From assembly GCF_041956535.1 (NCBI RefSeq), contig NW_027192196.1, positions 799,823 to 863,822 on the forward strand: a DNA stretch of 64,000 nt, in the 5' to 3' direction. How positions within the stretch are numbered: the first letter of the stretch is position 1; each line of letters opens with the position of its first letter. The stretch is from Calcarisporiella thermophila CBS 279.70. Taxonomy: Eukaryota > Fungi > Calcarisporiellomycota. The notes beneath the pieces were generated by a model. It did no database searches. It was not told the DNA's origin and saw only the letters and a program-made list of their open reading frames with translations. Positions 36,852-49,271 of this stretch are shown here, piece by piece. Both the position numbers and the translations under genes were made by a program.

Positions 36852-37655
36852 TCATCGCCTTCTGGTATTTCGCCGTGGTACAAAATATTGCACAGGCCCA
36901 AAAAGCGCACGTTTGAATCGCTTAAACCAAGAAAATCGACGCCGGCCCGCTGCTGCGTCATGCCGTCCATGATAGTAATGCATGTCGCTAGTCCACCTCC
37001 ATTCTCCTCCACCCTCCTTCCACTCTTCTACTTCGTTGTCTTCTACCGCCTCCTCTGCCCGCGTGTGTAGATTTGCGGGGGCGGACGCGTTTGATCTAGT
37101 GCTAATCGATCCAAATCTGCTTTCCGTGGAATCCTTATGGGCCGCCTCCGTCTGAATGCCAAGCGACTGACTGCTTGATAAAACTTGGGGGTTCCAACTT
37201 CCTTTCCTCTCCCACGGAGTAGATATGGTCGAATCTCTCCTTAGCGTGCGCCGCAGTAGTGCTGAGGCCGAGCCGTGTCGTCCCAGTGATCGCAAAGACA
37301 ATCTGCTTGTTGATCGTCGCGTATTATGACTGTTGGATGGGGGTCGGGGGCGGATCTGATTTGGGAGGGGAATTTCAGCCATTGGAGCAAAGATGGAATC
37401 ATTATGATAAGGGAAAGCAAGGGGGCGGATACGTGGAGGGGAAGGGGAATTGCGCGTGTGCGAATAGAAGGTGGAGAAATCGAGTTCTTGGGTAGGGGAG
37501 GGATGGGAGCGCGGAGTTGAGATATGATTTTTGAATGGCGAGGTAGAGTTGCGGGAGGTAGATATTGCAGCCTGCGCCCATGTGGTGGTTGACGCGTTCT
37601 CGATGGTGGCAAGGGTGGAATCAGATGATGTTGAGGTTCTAGATGCTGATTCCAT
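36852..37655 (-). CDS. Hypothetical Ser/Thr/Arg-rich protein (about 267 aa)
   Basis: Long ORF, probable start MESASRT at 37655, disordered composition, aromatic/basic C-terminus. No recognised family. Confidence 0.55.
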   Translation of the reverse strand: MESASRTSTSSDSTLATIENASTTTWAQAAISTSRNSTSPFKNHISTPRSHPSPTQELDFSTFYSHTRNSPSPPRIRPLAFPYHNDSIFAPMAEIPLPNQIRPRPPSNSHNTRRSTSRLSLRSLGRHGSASALLRRTLRRDSTISTPWERKGSWNPQVLSSSQSLGIQTEAAHKDSTESRFGSISTRSNASAPANLHTRAEEAVEDNEVEEWKEGGGEWRWTSDMHYYHGRHDAAAGRRRFSWFKRFKRALFGPVQYFVPRRNTRRR

Positions 37656-38239
37656 TACATAAACTATTTCAGTGCGAAGGTGACCATGAAATTCCAACCA
37701 TGTGAATAATATTAGAGTTAACTTGCAGTGGAAACAGCACCAACCATTAAGATCGAGTATAAACAAGCCGCTGAACCATAAACAGTCACGCCTCTTAGGC
37801 CAATAAGGAAGAATTTAATAAGCGATAAGCGGATGAAAAAAGACAGATCACTAGCTCTGCTTTCTTCCTATCGAACTTAATATTCAATAGAGCAGTAAGC
37901 GAGGGATACCCAAAAGGGATTTAGGGGCCTTAAATCCTCCATGCCTACAGCTTTTCGTGGGTATAAACACATTTCAAATAAGATATTAACAATAACCTCA
38001 ATTATAAGGACAAATATTTTATTTCTTTTTCCCTAGACTCAACGTGTTGAAGTTGCTACTGGGAGTAACTCGAGTAAGGTTAGAATAAAATATACATATA
38101 GGCTTAAGTTTAAATTTTATCAAATGTAAAAAAAAATGTATTAGAGGCTAAACTTCCCGTGGAATATAAATACGTGGAAACTATGCTAAACTATTTGCAT
38201 GTTGAATGCATAACTTACTTGACCCTTACTTACTTAAAT

Positions 38240-39747
38240 CTAATAGCGATAAAATTCAGACTTGAATGGTCCACATTCAGAAATCCCTAGATAAGCGGCC
38301 TGCTGCTCTTTTAGTTGGGTAAGGTGGTTGTCTGTCGAGCTAAGAAGAATCCTAGCCAGCCGTTCTTCGAGCGTCTTAGGAATGGTCTGAACCCCGGCGC
38401 CAATATCAGAATTCCACATAGCCACAGCCGAAAGTACGTGTGCTAAATGAGCGTAGGAAGATATGGATGAAGGCACCTTACCAAACGAAACTGACTGAAA
38501 AAGAGGACGCCCCCTAGCTAGGAGGAAGACATGACGCGTTGTTGGAAGGGTATATCGATCCACATTCGGCTTAATATTTGTGCTCTCAACGGCATTCTTT
38601 TCCAACCACGCGACATCAATTTCATTGCCGTTGCCCACGCTTAAGAGAACCGCATCCTCTCGCATATTCATCATATGATCACCCCCAATAACGGATGGAC
38701 ATCCCGTTGTAACGACAAATATATTTCCTGTGCTCATAACGTTTTCCAAAGTCGTCACCTTGTAACCTTCCATCGTGGCTTGCAACGCGCATATGGGATC
38801 AATCTCGGTCACCACGATTCTCGCTCCTAAATTTCGTAGAGCGGCAGCGCAGCCTTTGCCTACATGCCCGAAGCCTAGGATTACACACAATTTGCCCGCA
38901 ATCATGATGTCGGTCGCACGTTTTATGAACTCAGCAATCACATCGCGGTGCGAGTAATATGGAATTATTTTGCCCATGATGACGGAAGACGCGATGTTGA
39001 TGGCGGACTGGGTTTGCAGAGTTTTAGTTTGGAAGAGCTGGGTGAGCTGAGCATTACCTGCAGCGGTATCTTCAGATATTCCTCTGAGGCTTGGAAGAAT
39101 TTGGGGGTGATGCTCACAAACGAATTTGAGAAGATCACCTCCACTTTCAATGAGCAAATTTGGAGGTTGATTGTTTTCAAATGCAGTGAGCACCTACGGT
39201 GTATTCGGTGGATCATGATAGAGCTTTCTGCAAATATGATGTCAAGAAAGCAATATGAAATGTTACCTGCTCCATACACCACATATATTCAGCGTCGGTT
39301 GCACCCTGTACAGAAAAAAAATGTTTCGAATAAATATTGGAAGCCTCCATTATCAGTTTACTTGTCACTATTACCCGAAATGCAAAAACGGGTACTCCTT
39401 CAGCTACCATTGCTGCAGCAATCTCATCCTCTATTCCAAATCCATAGTTCGAAGCCCATGCAACTTCCGCTCCAAGATGGATAAGAGTTTCGATCAGTAC
39501 TGCATATTCGCGTTTTATAGGCAGGCATACTGCAATTCGAGCGCCCTTAAGTGAATTGACTAGTTCTTTAGAGGTACCTAAATTGAAGAGACCGGGCATT
39601 TCTGCCCGCGCAAGAATGATTTCGCGACGTCCAAAGGATGCGAGAGTTGGATCGGCTATTAAAATCGTGCAAGGATGATGAGCAAGAAATCATCGGCAAC
39701 TAGAAGAAGTAATGCGAACCAATTTTATATTTTGAAGGCGGCAACAT
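38240..39747 (-). CDS. S-adenosylhomocysteine hydrolase (AHCY/Sah1)-like protein, catalytic residues degenerate (probable pseudoenzyme), 433 aa
   Basis: Exons 39747-39720, 39655-39375, 39305-39267 and 39193-38240. Colinear with AHCY: YKIAD, EMPGL, LKGARIA, VLIETL, IKRATDIMIAGK, GFGHVGKG, VTEIDPICALQATMEGY, IKPNVDRY and GPFKSEFYRY*. Confidence 0.92.
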
Positions 39748-40130
39748 GGTTTTGCTTAAATGAAGTAGAAGAATCCTGAGGATATTATATACCCTCCTTT
39801 GATTACTGACTCATGCAGTTTTCATTAAGAAGGATTAATTTTCTCACAGTCATTTCACCTCAAAAGCATCGCCACAATAAATGCGATTTACCCTATTAGG
39901 AAAAATTGGTAAAGGAGACATCCAGGTCACAATGAGTGATAGGAAGTTCGACAGTTTGACGACATTTTAGCTTCGGATATTTCCTCGGGATTTTTTCCTC
40001 ATCAGGCCAAGGAGAGATTCTGTAAATATATCCAATAGACATATTTATTTCTACCACAAGATATGAGTTTGCACAGAAGTAAATTGATTCATTTTGGAGA
40101 GTAGAAAAAATGTTTGTTTCTCGTGAGCTT

Positions 40131-41219
40131 CTAGATCTCGTTGAAGGAGGTTTGGCTGTTCTTGGTCACCACTTGAACCAGCTTGCCACTTTGAGGCACA
40201 AGCTTACCAGAAGCCCAGTTAAAGATTTGCCTGAATTAAACGGGTTATTAAAAGTTGACGAAGTCATGTTGAAATAAATGCGACTTACTCTGCCAGAACG
40301 TCCAACGGAGTCCACGTGGAAAAATCTGCATCTGGCATAAATTTACGGTTCATGGGTGTGTCCAGGGTAATTCTATGAACAAGGGCTTATTCAGATTATT
40401 TCAGTCACATAGGAATCAAAGTCACTTACGGCAAAATAGCATTTACACGAGCGCCCTGTGGAAGCCCAGAGCCTGGCGCGGCCAAGCTGCGAGTAAGATG
40501 GTGAACAGCTGCTTTGGACATGCCATAGCCAAGAATACCTATTCAATATTAAGGGCAACGGGTGATATCATTATTCATATTCAGGAGGATTGAAGGTATA
40601 CTTACCAGGAGTTTCATTCAGGGCTCCATTGGCACCTGTGAGCGTAAGCAACCCTCCCCTTTACATCATTTGTGTGAGTGTTAATACAACAAAAAGATTT
40701 CACAATAATAATGCTGTATACTCTTTAAGAAATTTTGCAGCAAGCGATGCTGCGATGACTGAGGAATGTACAGATTGCTTCAACATAAGATCACACGATT
40801 CCAAAAACTCTGAATTCAAAGCATACGAGAAATGAGAATAACCAAGAGCTTAGAATTCCCACAATGTATTTACCATTGCTTTGTGCATTTCCCATGGCGA
40901 AACCACCTGCCACGCACACAATTGCATTCACCTTTTGGTCATTCAATATTTTGGCAATTCCCGAAGCAGCAGTGTCACCCTGCGCAGGAAGGGAGGCTTT
41001 TGGATCAACGAGAACATTATGATTGGCCTCCTGGTTCGGCTTAAGGTCAATGCTGCTCACTAACTTTAGCGGGTTGTTGCATTTGACGCGTTTAAGTCAA
41101 AAGTGAGCTTTCGAACCCTATTTATTACTTTGTATACTCACCCAGCCATTTTTTTTGAAGACGGAGACAATTGTTTGACCAAGGGCACCAGCCCCGCCGT
41201 AAACGATTGCATGAGACAT
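40131..41219 (-). CDS. QDPR: Dihydropteridine reductase (QDPR-like SDR); multi-exon
   Basis: [53 protein letters not shown] (YxxxK), SGLP and [21 protein letters not shown]. Confidence 0.9.
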
Positions 41220-41778
41220 AATGGAGTGTATTCGAGGATGCTGAAGCTAAGAAAAAAGAATGAAAACACGGGAACAAAAAGAATAGCGAGAGAGAAACCT
41301 TGATATGCTAAAATATCCCCCTATCGCGTGAGAAAAATTCGCCCGGTAGGGATATAATGGATGGATATACATCAGAGTGATGTCAGCGGATGACGAAAAT
41401 CGTATTTTCTTATTTTGCTGAGCGCGTCCCCCTTATTTCAAATGTTTTCCTACCGCGACATAAGATAAAAATATCAAATGTCATTTTTATTTTAACATTT
41501 GTCTAAAGTTTAGATTTCTCCATTTTTTCATATATATATAACATAAACTCTTGTTTTGACTTTGCAATCTCCCATAATCGCCATCAAGATTTTATATGCT
41601 TTCTCCCCTCGCTTACCATCATACCACATCATTGAGTTGATCTCTGCCGTCTTTTTCTTATTCCTTTGTTGAATTTATTAGATCTATTAAGGTTTGCCCG
41701 ATAGATCAAGTAATCTATTAAAACATCTTGTGTTCGCGACTATCCACCATCCCACTCTCCATATAGCCTAATCGCAAG

Positions 41779-44627
41779 ATGGAGGTGGATCAAAACATTG
41801 TTCTACTGCGCAACTACTGGGAGTTTGCAGCGGTTTCACAGTTTTTGCACACTTTCTATGAGGTTTTTGGACTAGAAACGTTCGACACAGAGGTAAATTT
41901 TACATTGATCAGTCCTTTCAATCGAATTATCTGGATTATTTATTTTTCTGGAAACCCTAGACATTAGAACGAGATCTTGCGTCTAACAGTAGAGATTTGA
42001 CAGATCTCTATATTCGGTTAATGAGAACACTCACCCAGAATCGGTTTATTAAGTGAGTAAAACTTGGGCTATCAACACTGTTTGACGAAAATAGATTTAA
42101 GAATATTTCTTTTATAGCACGGATAATTGGCAACATTATCTTGCAAAAGAGCATATGAAGCGGGATGCAGAATGTCCCTTGGGTACCCCAGAGGACCTTA
42201 CCGATTTCTATAACTTGGAGGTTCGCTCAAAGCTGACAATGCTTCACAACCTGTGCGAAGTATATATCCCCTAGTGCGTGAACCACAGAAATAGGATGTT
42301 TAATTTCCTTTTACTTTAGTGGCAACTGGATGACCCGGAGCGCTTTCGCCAGCATGTGAAAGACGAAGAAGAGGCTTTCCAATGGGTAAATCAAACTATA
42401 AGGATACCTAGAATTGAATATATTCACAGTGCCTACTCTACAGCGAGTGGATCCGATCGGATGGGACGCCAAGGGAAATACATATTGGCTTTTCGATGGT
42501 ATGTTTGCACTCAGCCCACAATGCAACTACTGCCAAAAGTATCTCACCCCTTATTACAATAGACAACAGATTATATCGCGAACTACTGCCCAAACCCAAA
42601 AGCACTCCCAAGTCAAAATCAAAGAAAAGTCGGCGGCGTAGCACACGATCTTCTGGACGGATCAAGTCTAACGGCACATTAAGCGAGGATGAAGGCGATC
42701 AAACAGAGACTAATGGCCATGAAGATAAAGAGGAGCTTCTCTGGGAGACTGTAAATGTTTTATCGCACGTAATTCTAAGACGCACTTTCTGACTACTCTT
42801 GTCGTGTAGCTATGTTGCACCATTACAGAGTGGGAAACTTTTCCCGAGCGGTTTCAGAACTCGAAGCACAGCTATGAGAAGTCTCTATACCGGTATTTAA
42901 GGGACGACATCCGCCCGAAAGTCTTGGAGGTTCTTAGGGTGAGTGACCTATTTATCAGCTAAGGCTTATTGTTCGCTTTTAATTTATTAACATTTTGGAC
43001 CTCTATTTAGGATCGGGAAAAAACACGGAAGATGGAAGAGGCTCTTCAGAACCGCAAGCGAAGTTCCCGAATATTAGTCCGAGAACTGGAGCGAAAGGAG
43101 CAGCAAAAGCAGGAGGAGCAACAACGTCGAAATCTTGAAGAGCTCGAGGCAAAAAAGAAAGAGGAAAAAGAACAAGCCGTAAGATCCACATGGACATTCC
43201 CTTCATTTGATCTCGTGATGATTGAATGGCCATTTTTGATTATAGCAACGTCAGAAGCTTGCTTTAGAACGGGAACAACGTTTGCGGGAACGCGAGCTTC
43301 GTCTGTTCAAACGCGAGTCTGCCAGTCAGACACCGGAACCAATTACACCCCAACCGGTTGTTGTTGAACCTATCGAAAGCACTCCACCCGCTAAGGTTAC
43401 TCAAAACTCAACCAAAAGTGGAAGCACTGGCCGTAAATCGTCAGGCAAGAAGACTGGACGAGGACGTGGCCGCCGGAGAAAGACTGAGACCAGGGAAGAG
43501 AGTTGGAAGTTCGATTGCGTGTGTGGTCTGCGTGGAAAGAATATCGTTAGTTGCATTTGGCTTAGCTTTTTTACGCACCGCACTATTAACTGAGCTCTTA
43601 TCATGATCAATAGGACGATGGAACTCCGCTTATTGCATGCGAGCAATGCAATGTGTGGCAGCATATTGCATGTTTGCAGAAGCAAGAGGCTGAGATGGGA
43701 CTTCCTATCACTCAAGACTGGGAGAACGTAGACTATATCTGTCGTCGATGTAAGCGAGCCTCTATGGTGGACAAGACGCCCTCGCGGTCTTCGGAATCAA
43801 AGAAGCCGGTAAAAATAAAACTTAATATGGGATCACAGCGAGCAAATGAGATCTCCCCCGGTGCGATCGTCAATCATTCGCCGACCAAGCGCCCGAGTTA
43901 TGACGGCCTCAATTTAATGAATGGAGCAGGCGAGAAGAGACCGCGCGTGGATATCAGTCCTATCCGCCAACCGGTCGTCAGCCATTCGCTTCCCCATTTA
44001 TCTGCATCACCATATAGTGGGATGGAAATGGCATCAGCACCCCTGGTACCTGATGCAGCCCACTTTTCAACGATGCACGCCCGCCCCCCAATGTTATCAC
44101 CGATGCAGACCCTTCAAACTCTAAGCCCATCCCAGCGCTCCAGCCCAATTTTTCATCAGCACTCTAGCCCTTTGCAGCTGCAGCATCAGCAATCTCCATT
44201 TCCTCCTCAACTCCCCACAAACCCTCCGATGAACTATGGCATGTTACCTCACGGGATGCCCAGTGCCCCAAACTGGCAGAATTTTATGCCACAGCACCAG
44301 CATAGCCCTTTGCAAAATACGTCACCGCCTCCGCCACCCATTTCTTCACAGCCTCATCTTCAACCTCCTCCCACTTTCTCCTCTTCACCCCTTGCCCCGC
44401 TTCTGCCACCGCTCGACCCTGGGTTACCGCGCCCTCCCATCATGATTGGATCAAGATTATCGGCTCAATCGCCCCATTCAACCGGGCCAGAACACCTTCC
44501 AAGGTTAAACTCCGCTGTAAATCCTCTAAGCCAGCCACAGCAACAGATGCCTATGATGCCAAGGCCGTTTGGCGCAGACAATGAAAACAGATATTCTCCT
44601 CCTAATGCAAGATGGAATCCGCGCTAA
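41779..44627 (+). CDS. RSF1/CECR2-like ISWI accessory protein with DDT/WHIM motifs and PHD finger
   Basis: LRNYWEFAAVSQFL (DDT-like), KLTMLHNLCEWQL (WHIM1), RVDPIGWDAKGNTYWLFDDNRLYRE, WET.CCTITEW, and the PHD CVCG...DDGTPLIACEQCNVWQHIAC...YICRRC. Pro/Gln-rich tail. Confidence 0.85.
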
Positions 44628-45374
44628 TTATAAAATTTACAGTTTGTATTTTGCTTTTCTCGAGTCTTCGCTATAAACTGTTCTTTTAGGCTTTATATAA
44701 TAAAAGTTTTGTTTTGATTTTTTTTTATAATGACCACGTGTCTTTTCTTTGGATTCGGTGGAGTTTATGGGTTAAGTAACCCTTTTATCCTAATAAATTA
44801 ATGTGCAATAAAAATAAATAGATATGGCTATCCCAATAGGAAAAGTTCATAGGCCTGATTATATAGGTGACTGTGCTATCTAGCATAAGTAGCGTATGTT
44901 TTTGAAGAACAAAGGGAATAAGTATACTATCTGTCTAGGCCAAAATCAACTATAATTATTGGTTAGTTAAAGGGTAGGAATCAGTAGGACCTGGGTATTA
45001 AGTTAAAAGGACGACTAATGGGATTTGGAAAGTGAATCGATATCGATAAATAGTTATCGTCCATATTTATCTTCTGAAAAACTTGCGCAGCAATTCCTGA
45101 TGTCATATTTAGAGTAATAACGGGATAATATTAATAGAAAGTCATTTTTAACTAATCGTTGATCAAACCTGCACTTTCTGTTAGCATTGCCATAAGCTGA
45201 TTCTGCATCCAATTTCTCCTGATGCGATCTTATTTCAATAAATTCGCAATATGATTTAGGCTACGCAAGCCCTAGCAGATTGTGGCCAAAAATTATGCCA
45301 ATTCAGTGAAATAGTTCCATACTTTTCTTTTAGCCCTATACTTTTTCTCAATTATTGATATTAGAAGGAAATTT

Positions 45375-47156
45375 ATGGCAGATCGCGACGAACTTATCTC
45401 CCAATTTGTCGGAATCATATCTTGTGATGAAGATAAAGCGCGTTTTTTCCTCGAGGCTAATCAATGGGATCTCAATGTACGTGTATTCTTTTGAAATTGA
45501 CTGAAACCATTTTATATACTTTTTTGAAATTCTCATCGCCTCATGCACTTTACCAGGCCGCTATGAGCGACTACTACGAAAATGCCGAAAGTGGGAACAT
45601 GGAGCACGAGAGCAGAGGTGAAAGAGCAGAAGCGACTGCACCAGAGCACTTCAGTGAACCAATTAGATCGACAGGAGATACCAGTGCCGGTAGGAGTGTT
45701 GGTTCAGGGTGAGTTGCCTTTATTTATGTTAACGGTTTTTCTGAAAGTACTAACTCGGATAATCTCATTTTGATTAGTTCAAGGCGCATTGCCACTCTTG
45801 GAGATTTTGGAAATAAAGAGGAGGGAAGCGATGACGATGATTTGAAGCAAAATTTCTTTGCAGGAGGAGAGAAATCGTAACTAATAAACGCCTGTTTAAT
45901 GTGTATTACATGTAATGAATTAACTATATTCTGTTGTTTATTAGAGGTGTGGTAGTTCAGGGGCCTTCAAGCAAAAAAAAACCGCTATCGCTTGTGGACG
46001 ATATTATCCAAAAGGCTGCTAAGTAACTAGTTTGCATCATGACGATTTTTTTCTTCATTTTACCTACCATTAATTCCTGCGTAGACATGGACCTGCACCT
46101 GAAGAAGAGGCACAAGCGCCGAAAAAAGCCAACTTTTTTACTGGCTCGGGTTACAAACTAGGTAGTGAGGAGGTTCCATCCACCATGATCCCGTCCGCAT
46201 CTTCATCCTCCAGCCGACAGACTGACGAAGATTTGTCCCGACCAGTAACTTCATGAATGCAAAATTCACACGGTTTATATTTGAGCTAAATGAATGCCTT
46301 TTAGGCCGTCCGATACTTGACATTCTGGCGCAATGGGTTCAGCATCGATGATGGACCATTGTTGGGCTATGATGATCCTAAAAACCAAGAGTTTCTAAAT
46401 GCAATCAATAGTGGGTGCGTACTCTCGTATATTGACTGCACCGAGACTACTTATATTTATATTTTTTTTACCTAGGCTCGCACCTACTACGCTACTTAAT
46501 GTACAAATGGGACAACAGGTTGACTTACGAGTAGCACGTCGTATGGATGAAGATTATCAGCCACCACCGAAAGCTCCACCGAAACCGTTTGGTGGCGCTG
46601 GGCATAGGCTGGGAAGGTAGGAAGTCAATTGTCATACGATTATGTTTCTCGGCCAATGTGTAGATTTGTTCCACCTTTGCATTTCTAGCCCTTCTCCGAC
46701 GATTGTAACCAGAACAACCCCTTCGTCTTCTTCGACCCAGTCGTCCACTACTAGCAGTATACAAATTGATCAATCACAGCCGATCACTTCGTTGCAAATT
46801 CGCTTTGCAGATGGCTCGAAGTAATCTATTTTTTGGACTGGTTTACTTCTCTGTTCACAATTATGAAACGACGCATTAACTATACACACTCTCTATTACT
46901 AGAGTTGTAGCCAAGTTTAATCACACTCACACTATTCGCGACGTTCGTCAGTTTATTGATGAGTAACTATTGTATATCAGCCATACGTCAATGTGGTACT
47001 TACATAAATATTACCAAAAAAATATCTAGGCGGGGTCAATCTCAGCGGCAATACGTCCTACAGACGACCTTCCCTACTAAAGAGCTTAGCGATGATACGC
47101 TGACACTTGCAGGGGCAGGTCTTTTGAATGCTGTGATTGTGCAGCGTTATTTGTAA
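45375..47156 (+). CDS. SHP1: Cdc48/p97 cofactor Shp1/p47 (UBA-SEP-UBX); multi-exon
   Basis: UBA-like 'LISQFVGI...[13 protein letters not shown]', [21 protein letters not shown] '[15 protein letters not shown]', SHP box [12 protein letters not shown] '[10 protein letters not shown]...TTFP...LLNAVIVQR'. Confidence 0.93.
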
Positions 47157-48166
47157 TTGTTCCGATGGTTACGCACGCTTTATTATTTGTTTTTTTTTCC
47201 CTCTTTATCAAATAAAACCAAACTTTTTCTGTGGATTAAAGCCATATACACTCGCTGTTCTAAGCGAATCTGTTGAAAATAACCGATTATGATTTACCCC
47301 ACGGAGATAAGCTTGGACCGAAAATGTTCGCTTTTTCGTATTTTCTTAAGGGGGACGCCTAACGGATTTTCACAAGGACGGTGAAAATTCGGCAACCGTA
47401 CCATTGTATTCCGGATCGTAATTTTGGAGGTCATTATAGAAAGTTTGTACGACTCTTTCTCCTCATGTATATACCGAAATTCTATTTTGAGGTTGCGGAG
47501 TAGTAGCCGCAATGATTCCAATGCAGGCTGATAATACTGGACTTACCCAAAGCAGTGGGAGGCTTTGGGAAAGTTACCGGAAACTAACGCAGGGAATCTG
47601 AATTATGGCCAAGAACACCCTGTCCATTACGCAAGAAACCGTCGAGCAGCTCCGAGATAGTTGTTGAGCGAAGAGGGATTCTCGGCCAGCCGGTGATTTA
47701 CCACAACAACCATTTACAACCGAGAGGTATTCGTGTATTGTCATGCAGGATAGTGTCTGGGGCCGGTTAGTTGCGGGGTTAGCTATTATACAACTACGAC
47801 CGTGATGATTGCAATTTGCTCCAGCCCCGCACACGCTGGGCCGAAATCATATGGGGGACACAATTTTAAACTAATCAATTTTTTAAGGTTTCTCCGCGTC
47901 CATTGTGTACGGGATGTGGGGAAGCTTTAGCTAATAAAGGAGAGAAAGCTGTTATCAGACTCAGAAAAGAACTTCCTTAGTTCTCTTCTGCAAAATCTTC
48001 TGATATTCTCTTTCCCCTCCCCCCCTGCACAATAAAAGGCCCAGTTCCTTGCCACCTTGCTCACACTTGCGTTTCTCTCATTCTCTTTCTCCTAATTTCG
48101 TCATTCCCCACTCCATTCCTTCCTCAATTCCCCCTTCCTACGCGAGCGTGGTATTTATCCCTTAAC

Positions 48167-49271
48167 ATGAAGTCCTTGACATTCTTTCTCCTTGCCCTTG
48201 CCTCGTCCGTGATTACGGCTCAGGCACAAAACCAGCTCAGCCAAGTCCTACGCTCCATCCCCACCAACAAAGACTACCATGACCTGGACAAGTCACAAAT
48301 TCATGCCTGCGAGCAGTACACCAAGCTCGCATCCATTGCACTATGTCCCTCCCTCAAACCCGGCAAGCCGTTCAAATGCCCGGCTTACTGTGACGAATTC
48401 CCGGACACCACAGTCATCCATACCTTTGAAATTAAGCCCGAGGATATTGTAGGCTATATTGCACGAGACGATCGACGCAAGGCTATTGTTGTTTCAATCA
48501 GGGCGACTGCATCTCTTCCCAATATCCTAGTCGACTTGGACTTCGCACCCGTCCCATACCGCCATCCCAATTCCAAGGGTGCAAAGGTGCATGGGGGCAT
48601 CTATGCAGTGGCACAAAAGTCGATCAAGATTGTCAACCCTCAGCTGCGTAAGATTCTCAAGGAGTATCCCGACTATGAGATTGAGGTCGTCGGGTGGAGC
48701 TTGGGCGGAGCAATTGCGACCTTCCACACGCTTGATGTGCTCGAAACCATGGATACGTTCGACCCCAAGAAACTATTGCTGGTGACGGTAGGGGAACCAC
48801 GTGTTGGTGACGAGAATTTCGTGAAATACGTTGAAAGCTTCGACATCACAACAAAGCGACTCGTTAACAACCTCGACATCGTCCCGCATTTGCCTCCGCG
48901 CGTCATGGGGTTCGAGGTATTCAAGAGACTGCTTGGAGGAGGATTTGCTAAGCAAAGAAATAACTTACTTTTCTCTTTTACTTCACAAATAGCATCGTAA
49001 ATATGAAATTCACTCCACGAAACTCTTGGGCGAGGTAATCCAATGCAGACGAGGCGAAGATTTCAAGTGCTCCAACAAGGAGCCCGTCTTCCTGCTCAAC
49101 ATTCTCTCCCACACCAGGTTCGGCCAAGTTGATCTGCTCAAGTGCGCACCCGAGTACGTAGAACACTTGCTGGACGAGTGGTTCAACAAACTTCCGAAGA
49201 GCTCTCTTAAGAAAGCGAACACTAAGCCAACCTCCAAGAACAGGAAGCTGAGGAGGATGGTCGAGCATTGA
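48167..49271 (+). CDS. Secreted class-3 (fungal) lipase; 2 exons
   Basis: Signal peptide, IVVSIRAT, KVHGG, nucleophile elbow GWSLGGA, GEPRVGD, DIVPHLPP and a His in SHTRFG. Intron at about 48917-48991. Confidence 0.88.

Noticed and set aside
38240-39747. Calling the SAHH-like gene a pseudogene or a normal SAH1
   Set aside because: There are no stops or frameshifts and the splice sites are canonical, which argues against a pseudogene. The catalytic residues are replaced, so the SAH1 symbol is not justified.
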